A stretch of 38,313 nucleotides of DNA from Ignavibacteria bacterium (lineage in GTDB: Bacteria > Bacteroidota > Ignavibacteria > Kapaibacteriales > UBA4661). The stretch is from the NCBI GenBank assembly GCA_013298375.1, contig JAAFHM010000003.1, forward strand, positions 1-38,313, in the 5' to 3' direction. The notes beneath the pieces are model-generated. The model did not search any database. It was not told where the DNA came from and saw only the letters and a program-made list of their open reading frames with translations. The position numbers were made by a program, and so were the translations under genes. Shown piece after piece: positions 24,665 to 33,309 of this stretch (positions are counted from its first letter, which is position 1; each line of letters begins with the position of its first letter).

Positions 24665-25141
24665 TTATGGTGAATTGTGTGAATACTCGATTACGCCTTT
24701 AAGTAGCAGATTCCCCTGCAATTCGTTGTCAAGCACGGAGGGAAAAATTTCCGTTATGTACACATTCCGAATGAGAAGTCTTGCACCATTGTCCAGCGTC
24801 GTATCGTCGTATTGAAAATTGTGAATTGCTGCGGTGAGAATTTCGCCAACACGCTCGGTCTCTTCTTCCAAAAGCGCATCGTCGCCCGTGTCGTGCGTAG
24901 GTACTGCTACGCCTGCGTAAACGCCGAAATACACCAAGCCGTTGAAGTCTTTGAGAAAGATTGTGTCGGATTCGTCGCGCTCATAATCAAACCCTTCTTC
25001 CATGATTTCCGCTTTTGCAAACGGACGCGGATAGTTTTTTTGCTGCGACATGACAAACGTTTTGCGCACGTGGATTCCTTCCGAAACCGTTGTGAGCAAG
25101 GCTTGATGCAGGATGTGTTGTAGATATTTGCGGCGTATCAT
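24665..25141 (-). CDS. putative tail terminator/completion protein
   Basis: Acidic 158 aa protein just before major tail; positional call. Confidence 0.55.
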   Translation of the reverse strand: MIRRKYLQHILHQALLTTVSEGIHVRKTFVMSQQKNYPRPFAKAEIMEEGFDYERDESDTIFLKDFNGLVYFGVYAGVAVPTHDTGDDALLEEETERVGEILTAAIHNFQYDDTTLDNGARLLIRNVYITEIFPSVLDNELQGNLLLKGVIEYSHNSP

Positions 25142-25224
25142 GCAAATGTTTATTGATTATTGGTTTACTCAATGTGCCTATAAGCAACGCTTTACAGAGA
25201 GCAATGTAAAATGTTGTCTGCGCG

Positions 25225-25812
25225 TCAAGCAAATGTTTTCGGATTATTGATGTACTCAAGCAGCCCTTCCGAAATATCCTTCAGCAAAAGCGGTAAGCCC
25301 TCGCGTCGGAATGCTTCCACACCCGGATTGAAAAACGGACGCGCCTTTACGGTAACGCCGCCTTTTTTCCGAACCGAAAGAGCCATGACTTTGAAAAACT
25401 CGTTTTTCGTTTGTGCATACTGCGCCCAAAACCACTTATCCATCTTGCCCTTGGAGGCAATAAAGCCGCCGCTTTCGTGGATAGCGGCATAAACAACCCG
25501 CGTTCCGTAGAGCAGCGCCACTTTGCCCTCGCTCACCTGAATTGTCGTGATATTATCAGGGGAGTTAGGACCAAGTGAGCGGAAAAGCCGCCCTCGCTGA
25601 ACGCGCAGTTGCTTTTCTTTGCTCCACGTGGTTTTTATCGCAGGGAAGGCTTTTATGCCGCTTTTTGGCTTGCCTTGCCGCCACGAATCGTCGGGCTTGC
25701 CGGATTGCATCTCCGCGCCGATATAGGCTTGCAGCCCATACGCGGCGCGTTGCAGCGCGTCTTTCAGCAAACCGTTAACGGCTGCCTGCGGTATGGCAAA
25801 AGGTGTTTCCAT
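25225..25812 (-). CDS. virion morphogenesis/tail completion protein (Mu gpG-like)
   Basis: GRLFRSL; YGTRVVYAAIHESGG; ARPFF. Confidence 0.8.
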   Translation of the reverse strand: METPFAIPQAAVNGLLKDALQRAAYGLQAYIGAEMQSGKPDDSWRQGKPKSGIKAFPAIKTTWSKEKQLRVQRGRLFRSLGPNSPDNITTIQVSEGKVALLYGTRVVYAAIHESGGFIASKGKMDKWFWAQYAQTKNEFFKVMALSVRKKGGVTVKARPFFNPGVEAFRREGLPLLLKDISEGLLEYINNPKTFA

Positions 25813-25815
25813 GGG

Positions 25816-26208
25816 TTATAGCGGATAGATTCGGAACTCTTGTAATTCTCGCCGCCAGCGCTTGTCCATAACCTCCGAATTTTCGTAGCTGGTTGTTGCG
25901 CTTGCGCCGCTCATTGTGTCTGCTACGCTCACAAGTCCTTGTCGTTCTTTTGTGCTGCGTATCGTTTGTGCGTAATACCATTGTAGCATTTGCAACGCTA
26001 CATGGCGAATTTTCGGGTTGTTGGCGATTTCTGCGAAGTCTGCATCTTCGGGACGGTTCGTCATTCTCCCGCCGCGTATCTCCTCCGTCACCGACGCGCA
26101 CAGCATGAAAACAAGATTGTCCTCACTCGTGGGCGCGGCGATGTTCGGAGGCGTGAGGGTAAGGAACTCCTTTCCCTCCGCAAGCGATAGGATTGGTATG
26201 AATGCCAT
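25816..26208 (-). CDS. head-tail adaptor (HK97 gp6-like)
   Basis: LSLAEGKEFL..; IRHVALQMLQWYY; C-terminal LQEFR. Confidence 0.7.
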   Translation of the reverse strand: MAFIPILSLAEGKEFLTLTPPNIAAPTSEDNLVFMLCASVTEEIRGGRMTNRPEDADFAEIANNPKIRHVALQMLQWYYAQTIRSTKERQGLVSVADTMSGASATTSYENSEVMDKRWRRELQEFRIYPL

Positions 26209-26462
26209 TACTTTTTAGCCTTTGTGCTGCCGACTTCCACAACCTTTGTTTCTTCGGACTGCTCCACAACCTTTGCTTGCACTCCATTCTTTTGAAGAAG
26301 CCCAAGGTTGACAGCTTTTTCAAGCGGGAAAAACCCGCCTTTCCAAACAAGCAAATGATGTACTTCCGGGTCTGTTTCGTCAACAGCTTTGGTTTCATCT
26401 CTGTTTACATGGATAGGCTCTAGGGCTCTCGCCTGCGCTGCGTCTATTTGTATGGCTTTCAT
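26208..26462 (-). CDS. small protein after capsid
   Basis: 84 aa, coupled to neighbours. Confidence 0.6.
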   Translation of the reverse strand: MKAIQIDAAQARALEPIHVNRDETKAVDETDPEVHHLLVWKGGFFPLEKAVNLGLLQKNGVQAKVVEQSEETKVVEVGSTKAKK

Positions 26463-26463
26463 G

Positions 26464-27675
26464 TTACAACCCCGTTACTTTGCAGAACGCCGTTGCACGG
26501 TAGATTTGCAGTGCCATGCGCTCGGTGATACGAATAGATTGCTGACCGGAAATAAACTGGTCGTTGATATAGCCAGCTTCAATGGTAATACCCGTGCGCC
26601 GTGCGATTTGCGAGAATAAACGGAAATCGCCAAGTAGCGCCGTATCAACGGGCAAAAGCGTTGAGGTGGTAACAGGAACGCCCCAAAGGCGCTGCCCGTC
26701 TGCACCCGTTACGGGATTGCCAACGATATACAAACCGTCCGCTGTTTTTTGACGCAAGACTTCGCCCCATTTCGAGGGGTGCATTACTATACCTGTTACC
26801 GTTGCCGCGTTACCAACAACGCCACCGTTAGTTTCGACTTGCTCAATGCCTTTGTGAACCGCATCTATAATAGTGTCTGCGCCTCGTGCGTGAACAAGAA
26901 TCGGAGGCAGCGTCATAAAGCCTTGAATCTGCGGCGAAGTACCGTTACCATTCAGCAAATAGAAATCTTCTCTTTGCTGCAACATCATAATTAAACGACT
27001 GTTGATAATGCTTTGAATCTGAGGCACGTCATCAAGTTGCGCGTTGGTTACGGGGATGAACGTCCCGATTTCCTCAATTTTGGTTGTGCGAGGAGTCCAG
27101 CGCAAGCCAGATTCTACAAGTGTACCGCCTTCAGCTACTGCCGCAGCCTGATTATCGTACGCGGTTTCTTCCATGTGCTCAATAAGTTGATTCGTCGTGC
27201 TGACTTGTGGGATAAGACTTGCAATAGATACCCTTTCTTGCGGCATATCCACAACTTTGTTTGTGCGCGGACTGCTTGGCAGCCATCCGTTAAGCGTCGT
27301 CAAAAGAGTTTTTACATCAACGCCTTCTAATTCAAACGATGCAAGCGTACCTTTTTTGCGGTTTTTGTAGCCTTCGTGCGATGTCACTCTATCACCCAGC
27401 GACTTAAACTCTTCCTGCGCCGGAGAACCGTTTTGCGCGGTGCTAGTTCCAGGCTCGTTGTTCGCCTTCATTCGCCGCTCGTTTTCGGTCTCAATCGAAA
27501 GCGCTATTGCCAAAGCGTCGTGTTTGCTTTGCAAATCGTTGACCTCAGCACTTTTTGCTTTGAGTTCATCCATCAAACCGCCTTCGCCGCCGCTTTCGCG
27601 GACTTTCGCCGCGAGTTCCGCAAGTTGCCCGCGCTTTACACGCAGTTCCTCGCCGGACTTCTGTAATTCTGTCAT
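26464..27675 (-). CDS. HK97-fold major capsid protein
   Basis: Coiled-coil delta domain; AAAVAEGG..ES; LLNGNGTSPQIQG; MHPSKW; LWGVPV; LLGDF. Confidence 0.95.
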   Translation of the reverse strand: MTELQKSGEELRVKRGQLAELAAKVRESGGEGGLMDELKAKSAEVNDLQSKHDALAIALSIETENERRMKANNEPGTSTAQNGSPAQEEFKSLGDRVTSHEGYKNRKKGTLASFELEGVDVKTLLTTLNGWLPSSPRTNKVVDMPQERVSIASLIPQVSTTNQLIEHMEETAYDNQAAAVAEGGTLVESGLRWTPRTTKIEEIGTFIPVTNAQLDDVPQIQSIINSRLIMMLQQREDFYLLNGNGTSPQIQGFMTLPPILVHARGADTIIDAVHKGIEQVETNGGVVGNAATVTGIVMHPSKWGEVLRQKTADGLYIVGNPVTGADGQRLWGVPVTTSTLLPVDTALLGDFRLFSQIARRTGITIEAGYINDQFISGQQSIRITERMALQIYRATAFCKVTGL

Positions 27676-27732
27676 GGTCTTGTCCTTTGAAAATGTGAAA
27701 TGAGCATAATGCTCACGTGAATTATGAATCGT

Positions 27733-28746
27733 TTACACACCCATTGCCAGCAACTCTGCTTCCAGAGCGGCTTTGCGGGCTTCGTCTTCGTTACTGTTTG
27801 GTTCTTGTGGAGGTTCGAGTTTTTTAGCGGTATTCGCGGCAATCTCTGCAAGGAAACTGTCCATGTCCAGACTAACGCCCTTCATTCTTTCCGACAATCC
27901 GGAGAAGAACGAAAAATTTGCATCCGACAAAACGCGCCCAGTCTTCATCTCTGCTGCTTTCTCGCTGGCAATGGCGATGGCGTTGGGGTCGGATAGGAAG
28001 CCTTCCAAAGTGTTCATAGAAATTGAGCTAAACTCCTTGAGCATCTCGCGGCAAAGGCTGAGTTTTGCAGCACTGTCGAATGCTTTATTAGCTAACGTTT
28101 CCCAAAATTTCCACTCTAACCGATACTGGAGATTCCTGAATCCCGCCATATACATTTCTGATTCGGCGCTATCGCCCAGTAACATTGCTTTTACCAGCGC
28201 TTGATTGATTTTTGCCGCGTCATTGTTTGCTTTCGGCTCGTCGCCGCTTTCGGGCTGCTCTTTGCCTTCGCCATCGGATTTTACACTGTCAATCGCGGCC
28301 AATTCGTTTGCCGGAACGTTCACGATGCTTGCTTCGTACAGCTTGATTTTATTGAGCTGCTTACCCTCTTTGGTTTGCGTAGCTTTTTCCACGCGATAGC
28401 CAATACTCATGCGATTACTTTTGCCCGCCGCCGATCGCTCTTGCATGATTTTCCGAACTTCCTGTGCCTTGGTGGTGCTGTGAAATTCGCACTCCACGAA
28501 CAGCCCCTTTTCATCCTCGAAAGCGTCCTTAACGAAAGCGATTGCTTCACCATTCCAATCGTGGTTAAGCGCGATAAAACCGTTGGTTTTGAACTGCTCC
28601 AGCGTGTCGGAAAATGCGCCCTTGACAACCGCCTCTTTTACGCTGTCGTAGTTCCCAAACGTGGAGGCATAGCCGCTAAAGCCGCCATTACCTGTATCCG
28701 CCATCTTGAACTCTGCTAGTTCCTGTGTTTTGATTTGTCTGCTCAT
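27733..28746 (-). CDS. HK97-type prohead protease with C-terminal extension
   Basis: FSGYASTFGNYDS; GAF; NHD; EDEKGL; MSIGY; LYEASIVNVPANELA. Confidence 0.93.
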   Translation of the reverse strand: MSRQIKTQELAEFKMADTGNGGFSGYASTFGNYDSVKEAVVKGAFSDTLEQFKTNGFIALNHDWNGEAIAFVKDAFEDEKGLFVECEFHSTTKAQEVRKIMQERSAAGKSNRMSIGYRVEKATQTKEGKQLNKIKLYEASIVNVPANELAAIDSVKSDGEGKEQPESGDEPKANNDAAKINQALVKAMLLGDSAESEMYMAGFRNLQYRLEWKFWETLANKAFDSAAKLSLCREMLKEFSSISMNTLEGFLSDPNAIAIASEKAAEMKTGRVLSDANFSFFSGLSERMKGVSLDMDSFLAEIAANTAKKLEPPQEPNSNEDEARKAALEAELLAMGV

Positions 28747-28763
28747 AGTCCTATCCTGAAAAT

Positions 28764-28810
28764 GAAAAACGCCGTAACAATCCCCGTTTTCAGGGAATCG
28801 TTACGGCGTT
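28764..28810 (-). terminator. long hairpin with U tract upstream of the protease gene
   Basis: Minus strand: AACGCCGTAACGATTCCC TGAAAAC GGGGATTGTTACGGCGTT TTT. Confidence 0.6.
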
Positions 28811-28882
28811 GAAAAATATTTCGGTGCCGAGTTAGTGTGCCGTTGCTTGCGCGGTGGCTATGTTTTGCTGCGTAACAGCGTG

Positions 28883-29461
28883 TTAGTCTCGTTGTAGTGG
28901 CAACGGCGGACAAAGACCTAAGTATGCCAGTTGCTCAACTTTTTGCCGCTTTATGCTTTTGTGCGTCTGGCGATGCCTCAGCAATTCCTTCTTTACCTTA
29001 TCTAATAGCGGCAGAAAGAGAAATACTAACGCTATAAAGTACGGGCTGACGGATAGCACCAGTGCGCTTCCGATACTACCAAGCCCAACACATTGAGCAA
29101 TGATTGAGCGCATTTTCTTTTTGTGTTGCTCGTCATTTTCTGCAAGCCGCTCCGCTTCTTCCGCGTTCAGATACTGCCGCACCATTACCTCATCTTCGCT
29201 GTCCATCTCTGGGATACCATCAAAGCGCGTGTCATTCTTGATGCGCGGCATCGGTACAGAGACTTCGATTGTTGGCAGCATACCAGATTGCAAGGATTTC
29301 ACTATGTTTAGGAATACTTCGACACCCATACTTTCCGGTGTTTCTTGTGGCGGCGGCGCTACAACATCCATCAGCATAGCCGGCGGGGGAATGATAAGAA
29401 GCATCACATACCCAACACTTTCTTGATTTCTGCCAATTTCACCGCATCGGTGCATTGCCAA
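28883..29461 (-). CDS. membrane protein with a TM hairpin; start uncertain (possibly 29404)
   Basis: IIAQCVGLGSIGSALVLSVSPYFIALVFLFLPLL then a basic tail. Confidence 0.6.
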   Translation of the reverse strand: MAMHRCGEIGRNQESVGYVMLLIIPPPAMLMDVVAPPPQETPESMGVEVFLNIVKSLQSGMLPTIEVSVPMPRIKNDTRFDGIPEMDSEDEVMVRQYLNAEEAERLAENDEQHKKKMRSIIAQCVGLGSIGSALVLSVSPYFIALVFLFLPLLDKVKKELLRHRQTHKSIKRQKVEQLAYLGLCPPLPLQRD

Positions 29462-29637
29462 ATCTTATTCACAAGTTTGCGCTTCTCTTTACGGAAAATA
29501 TCGTTTGCTTTGCTTATCTCACCCACCTTCTTTACCGGAAAGGTGCCTACCATGTCTGCCGCAAAAGTGCGGGGCTCTACGACGATAGGCACACCCCATA
29601 GACGGGGGTTTGCAGCGCAGTTATTTGTTTTGTTCAT
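29404..29637 (-). CDS. hypothetical protein
   Basis: 77 aa; ATGA overlap with the upstream ORF. Confidence 0.5.
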   Translation of the reverse strand: MNKTNNCAANPRLWGVPIVVEPRTFAADMVGTFPVKKVGEISKANDIFRKEKRKLVNKIWQCTDAVKLAEIKKVLGM

Positions 29638-29942
29638 GATTTTGCTTCAACCGTTATACCTAATGTTACGCCTACAATGACTACTTTTAACGCATAATAT
29701 TCGTTTTTAATTCCGTGATAGGATAACCCGAAAAGTGCAAACTCAGGGTAAAGCATCGACGAAGTATTATTTAATGCAAACAACGCGCAAGCCCAATAAG
29801 CAATGTCTATCCTTTTAATCCTCTCTATGCTAAAGCTATGGAAAACAAAAGACTTGTTTCCCTTAGCGGAGGGAGAGCAAAAGGCTATTTTCAAGCTAAT
29901 GGCAACGCAGTGTTGCAAGGTTTCAAAATCAAAAGACTTCAT
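29634..29942 (-). CDS. hypothetical protein
   Basis: Likely start MKSFDF at 29942; the longer start runs into the tRNA-like RNA. Confidence 0.5.
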   Translation of the reverse strand: MKSFDFETLQHCVAISLKIAFCSPSAKGNKSFVFHSFSIERIKRIDIAYWACALFALNNTSSMLYPEFALFGLSYHGIKNEYYALKVVIVGVTLGITVEAKS

Positions 29943-29973
29943 TGTTTCAGTTACCTTTTCGTATTGTTTGTGA

Positions 29974-30109
29974 GTCAAAGAGGCAGGAATCGAACCTGCG
30001 AGTGCAACCACCACCAGCCACATTGGACACCCCGCATTCGCAGGGATAACGTTGGATTTGAACCGACAATGTGTAGCTGCAAGCCAACAACCATTTCGTT
30101 ACTCTTTGA
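29974..30109 (-). ncRNA. tRNA-like RNA (about 136 nt) with two T arms
   Basis: TCAAAGAG/CTCTTTGA stem; GCAGG TTCGATT CCTGC next to it; internal GTCGG TTCAAAT CCAAC; helix TGCAGCTAC/GTGGTTGCA. Confidence 0.6.
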
Positions 30110-30126
30110 GATTTATAATACCTGCT

Positions 30127-30555
30127 TCACCAACTCAGCGTCACAAGGCTAATGCCTTCACGCCATTGGTTTGTAAATTGATTGTCAAAATGCTCTAAAT
30201 ACTCTTCTTTGCAATAGCCTCGTAACAACCAAAGTTCATCTAAACTTGTAATGTAAAACCCGCCTGTCCATTCTTTGTAAAATTCAGTCTTTAATATTTT
30301 TCCTGCATATCCAGCGTTTTTCGCTTGAAAAAACTGCTCACCATCGTAGGAATAAATAAATTTTGCGTATGCTAAAGAAATTTTGGCGAAAGAGCCTTTA
30401 CCCTCATCAAACGCTTCTTCGTCCTCACACATTTCTTCCAAAGAGAAAACCTCATTGTTTTCTGCTTTGCGGTTGTTTGATGCGTGATAGTGCGATATGT
30501 CTAAACCCATAACTGCATTCCTTATTGTCTCACCGGAAAAATTACACATCGACAA
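30127..30555 (-). CDS. hypothetical acidic protein; start possibly 30510
   Basis: AT-rich ORF right after the portal gene. Confidence 0.6.
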   Translation of the reverse strand: MSMCNFSGETIRNAVMGLDISHYHASNNRKAENNEVFSLEEMCEDEEAFDEGKGSFAKISLAYAKFIYSYDGEQFFQAKNAGYAGKILKTEFYKEWTGGFYITSLDELWLLRGYCKEEYLEHFDNQFTNQWREGISLVTLSW

Positions 30556-32606
30556 TTTATATCCTGCTCTGCCACGCCAAACCCGCCCGGATACTGTGCT
30601 TTCTTGCCATTCGGTGCGGTAAAAAAACCATCCTCATCAGCAATTTGCCCATCCATTTTGCGGTGGTCGTCTCTCACGTCGTCGTCACGCTCAGAGAGCC
30701 ACGACTTTTGAAATTCAAACTTGGCAAACGTTTCGTGCTGTGCTTTGCCGTTGGCGACCGTTGCCGTCGTCTTGGCTATCCGTACTGCTTTCCAAGCGTT
30801 CGCGCCCGAATACGGCTCAAAGGATTTGCTGAGTTTTGCGGTAATCTCATCGGCGCTGGCTGTTGCATTTGCTTCCAGCATTGTTTGCACATCCGCCTTA
30901 ACCGAACCCGCAACCGTCGTAATCTTTGCGCTTGATTCATTGACAACGCTTTCGATAATTTCATCAAAGTCTGATTTTACCGCATTCCAGTTTTCACCAA
31001 TTTCTTCACACGCAGCCTTTAGACTCTTGATAACAGAAGCCTTCACCGCTTTACCCGTTTGCTCTTCTAAAATATCCGCAATGACTTCAGCGTCCAGAAT
31101 TTCACCGACATCTTCCGGCACAGACAGGTTCGGATTTTCTTTCTGCCACGCTTTTAAGCGCTTTTCCACATCCTTGTTTGCTTTCTCGAATGCCTTTTTG
31201 ATAGCGACAAGCAGCGAATCTTCCTGCGCTTTGAGGTGTGCGTCTTGACGCTGCCAGTATTTTGTACGAATCGCTTCCTCATCTTCTTTGAACAAGAATT
31301 GCTGTACGCCCTGTGTGAGCAAACCCTTTATTCTTTGCCCCTTGCCAAGCATCGGCGCTGCGGGGGCTTCGATTTGAAATTTGAAGTTGTCCCCTTCGGG
31401 AACTTCAGGAAAACCAAGCGTGGTGCGGGTTTCATTCAGTTTAATCACGCCGCCCGTGTAGAGCGACAAAACACGTGCTTGCTTTTCGTTTTCCTTCTCC
31501 TGAAGCGCCATCACGCGGCTTGTGTCGAACTTTACGATAAGATTTTCGCCATCCTCGTATTCGCTCCGCATGGACTCTTGTATCTGCTCGGCAGCGCTGC
31601 GCCAAAGCGGAACAAGCGTATAATCCGTGAACACCTTCATTGCCTGACCGAAATTGCTGTACGTTGCCGAATCCAGCCCCACGCCCAAACCCGCTACGAT
31701 TGCCGGAACACCCAAGACCGCAGCAATGCGCGTTTCAGGGATTTTCATAAGTTGGTCTAGCTGCAATTCATTCAAACCCAGCGACAATCGTTGAACCGTC
31801 ATACCGCCCGCAAGCACGGCAGGAAGCCCAAAATTTTTGCCACCGAATTTCTTTTTTACCTCTTCCTTCATTTCAGCCATTTGCTTGTCGTTAATATTAA
31901 CATCTGCCGGAAGGCTAAATATCGTGCGCGGCATTGCGTCATTTTCGAGCAGTCCGGCAACATAGGCTTGTGCGGCGCTCTCTGAGCCAATCTCACGCCC
32001 CGCCATGACAATCGGAGAAAGCGCTTTCACGGGATTATCAAAATCTACACTCAGCCATTTCAAATGCACAATCTCACGCGGCATGAGTTCTTCGTACCGA
32101 GCGCCATTATTAAAACGATAGCCCTGCACCCGCTTTTTGGTTGTCGGCAGAAATGAAACGTTGCCATCATGGTACGGCACGAGTGCAATTACGCGCCCGT
32201 CCCTCGCCCGAATCTTGCGCCAGTAGCAGTTTCCGCCTGCTCCTTTGTAATACATAGTGTACATGAGTAATTCCGATTGACTCATCGGCTCGTCGTCCAC
32301 GTCTCCCCAGAGCAAAGGATTGTACGGCATTCGGAGCAGATTGGAAAGCGGGTGATCGTCCAGCACCTTGCCTGTGCGCTTATCCAAAACCAGCAATGGC
32401 GGCTCCGAAAACGTCCGCGCCAATACGCCCAAAGACGCAGCAACAGCGCTGTTAAATTGCGCTATGTGCGCGGCGGCTTGGAAGTTGTAGCTCGAAAAAA
32501 CTTTCGGCATAAAGCCAGAATCAATCAAATAGCTGAACAGCCCCTTGCGCCCGAAGTTCGGGGCAAGAGAACGGAATCCGTCTGATATTTTGGCGAGGAC
32601 GCTCAT
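30522..32606 (-). CDS. portal protein fused to a Mu gpF/SPP1 gp7-like head morphogenesis domain
   Basis: GNCYWRKIR, EIVHLK, ALSPI, IAAVLGVP, ATYSN, NETRTTLGFP; C-terminal WLSERDDDVRDDH..DGQ..YPG..INCRC; start MSVLAK. Confidence 0.92.
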   Translation of the reverse strand: MSVLAKISDGFRSLAPNFGRKGLFSYLIDSGFMPKVFSSYNFQAAAHIAQFNSAVAASLGVLARTFSEPPLLVLDKRTGKVLDDHPLSNLLRMPYNPLLWGDVDDEPMSQSELLMYTMYYKGAGGNCYWRKIRARDGRVIALVPYHDGNVSFLPTTKKRVQGYRFNNGARYEELMPREIVHLKWLSVDFDNPVKALSPIVMAGREIGSESAAQAYVAGLLENDAMPRTIFSLPADVNINDKQMAEMKEEVKKKFGGKNFGLPAVLAGGMTVQRLSLGLNELQLDQLMKIPETRIAAVLGVPAIVAGLGVGLDSATYSNFGQAMKVFTDYTLVPLWRSAAEQIQESMRSEYEDGENLIVKFDTSRVMALQEKENEKQARVLSLYTGGVIKLNETRTTLGFPEVPEGDNFKFQIEAPAAPMLGKGQRIKGLLTQGVQQFLFKEDEEAIRTKYWQRQDAHLKAQEDSLLVAIKKAFEKANKDVEKRLKAWQKENPNLSVPEDVGEILDAEVIADILEEQTGKAVKASVIKSLKAACEEIGENWNAVKSDFDEIIESVVNESSAKITTVAGSVKADVQTMLEANATASADEITAKLSKSFEPYSGANAWKAVRIAKTTATVANGKAQHETFAKFEFQKSWLSERDDDVRDDHRKMDGQIADEDGFFTAPNGKKAQYPGGFGVAEQDINCRCVIFPVRQ

Positions 32607-32806
32607 TAGTTCAAGATAATTGGGACGATTTGCGCCATTCTCAAAGCTCTGTTTATTGCAAGCGTTCTTGATACAACAGCCGAAGTAATACACATATTTT
32701 TCATCAATTCAAGCATCGCTTCGGGCGTAGTCACTTGCATATCAATTTCGGCTATAAGAGTAAAACCTACTTCCTCAACTGTTGTCAGTGTTATTGTTTG
32801 CGTCAT
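32606..32806 (-). CDS. hypothetical protein
   Basis: 66 aa, coupled to both neighbours. Confidence 0.55.
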   Translation of the reverse strand: MTQTITLTTVEEVGFTLIAEIDMQVTTPEAMLELMKNMCITSAVVSRTLAINRALRMAQIVPIILN

Positions 32807-33309
32807 GCTGGTTGCGAGATCCGCAAAAATTCATAAAAAATGCCCTTGAACTCTACCGCATCAGTCTCTGCCTTAGGGTTTTTCGGTGCCGTAACATCTA
32901 GCCTCTTTAATTCTTCCGACATTCGACGAAAAGCTTTGTTAATCTCTCCTTCGTTGCAATGCTGAATAATGAACTTGGGTTCGCGACGATAATAGCGCCG
33001 CCAGCGCTTTAGTATATCGCCGATGCCTCCATGCAAAGAATAATATTCGCTGTCGTATGTCACACTAATAACACTATTACGTAAATCATATTCAAGGGCA
33101 AGTAAATTGCCGCGCAAAGCATCGTAAACAAAAACGATATGGTTCTTATCATTCTGAATATTTAACGCGGAAAGTAATCTATTACAGACTTCGTTCAGGT
33201 CCGGTTTGTTTACCGGCATATCATTTACAGGTATCATCATATCAATCATCAAAAGTAAAAATGCCAACTCGTTTCTTGTTTTGTGCTGCAAAGGCATACG
33301 CTGCAGCAT
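32803..33309 (-). CDS. hypothetical protein; start probably near 33240
   Basis: AT-rich ORF between terminase and portal. Confidence 0.55.
   Translation of the reverse strand: MLQRMPLQHKTRNELAFLLLMIDMMIPVNDMPVNKPDLNEVCNRLLSALNIQNDKNHIVFVYDALRGNLLALEYDLRNSVISVTYDSEYYSLHGGIGDILKRWRRYYRREPKFIIQHCNEGEINKAFRRMSEELKRLDVTAPKNPKAETDAVEFKGIFYEFLRISQPA

Noticed and set aside
29974-30109. tmRNA
   Set aside because: Too short, no Ala acceptor identity (GGGG start, G3-U70), no CCA and no tag reading frame
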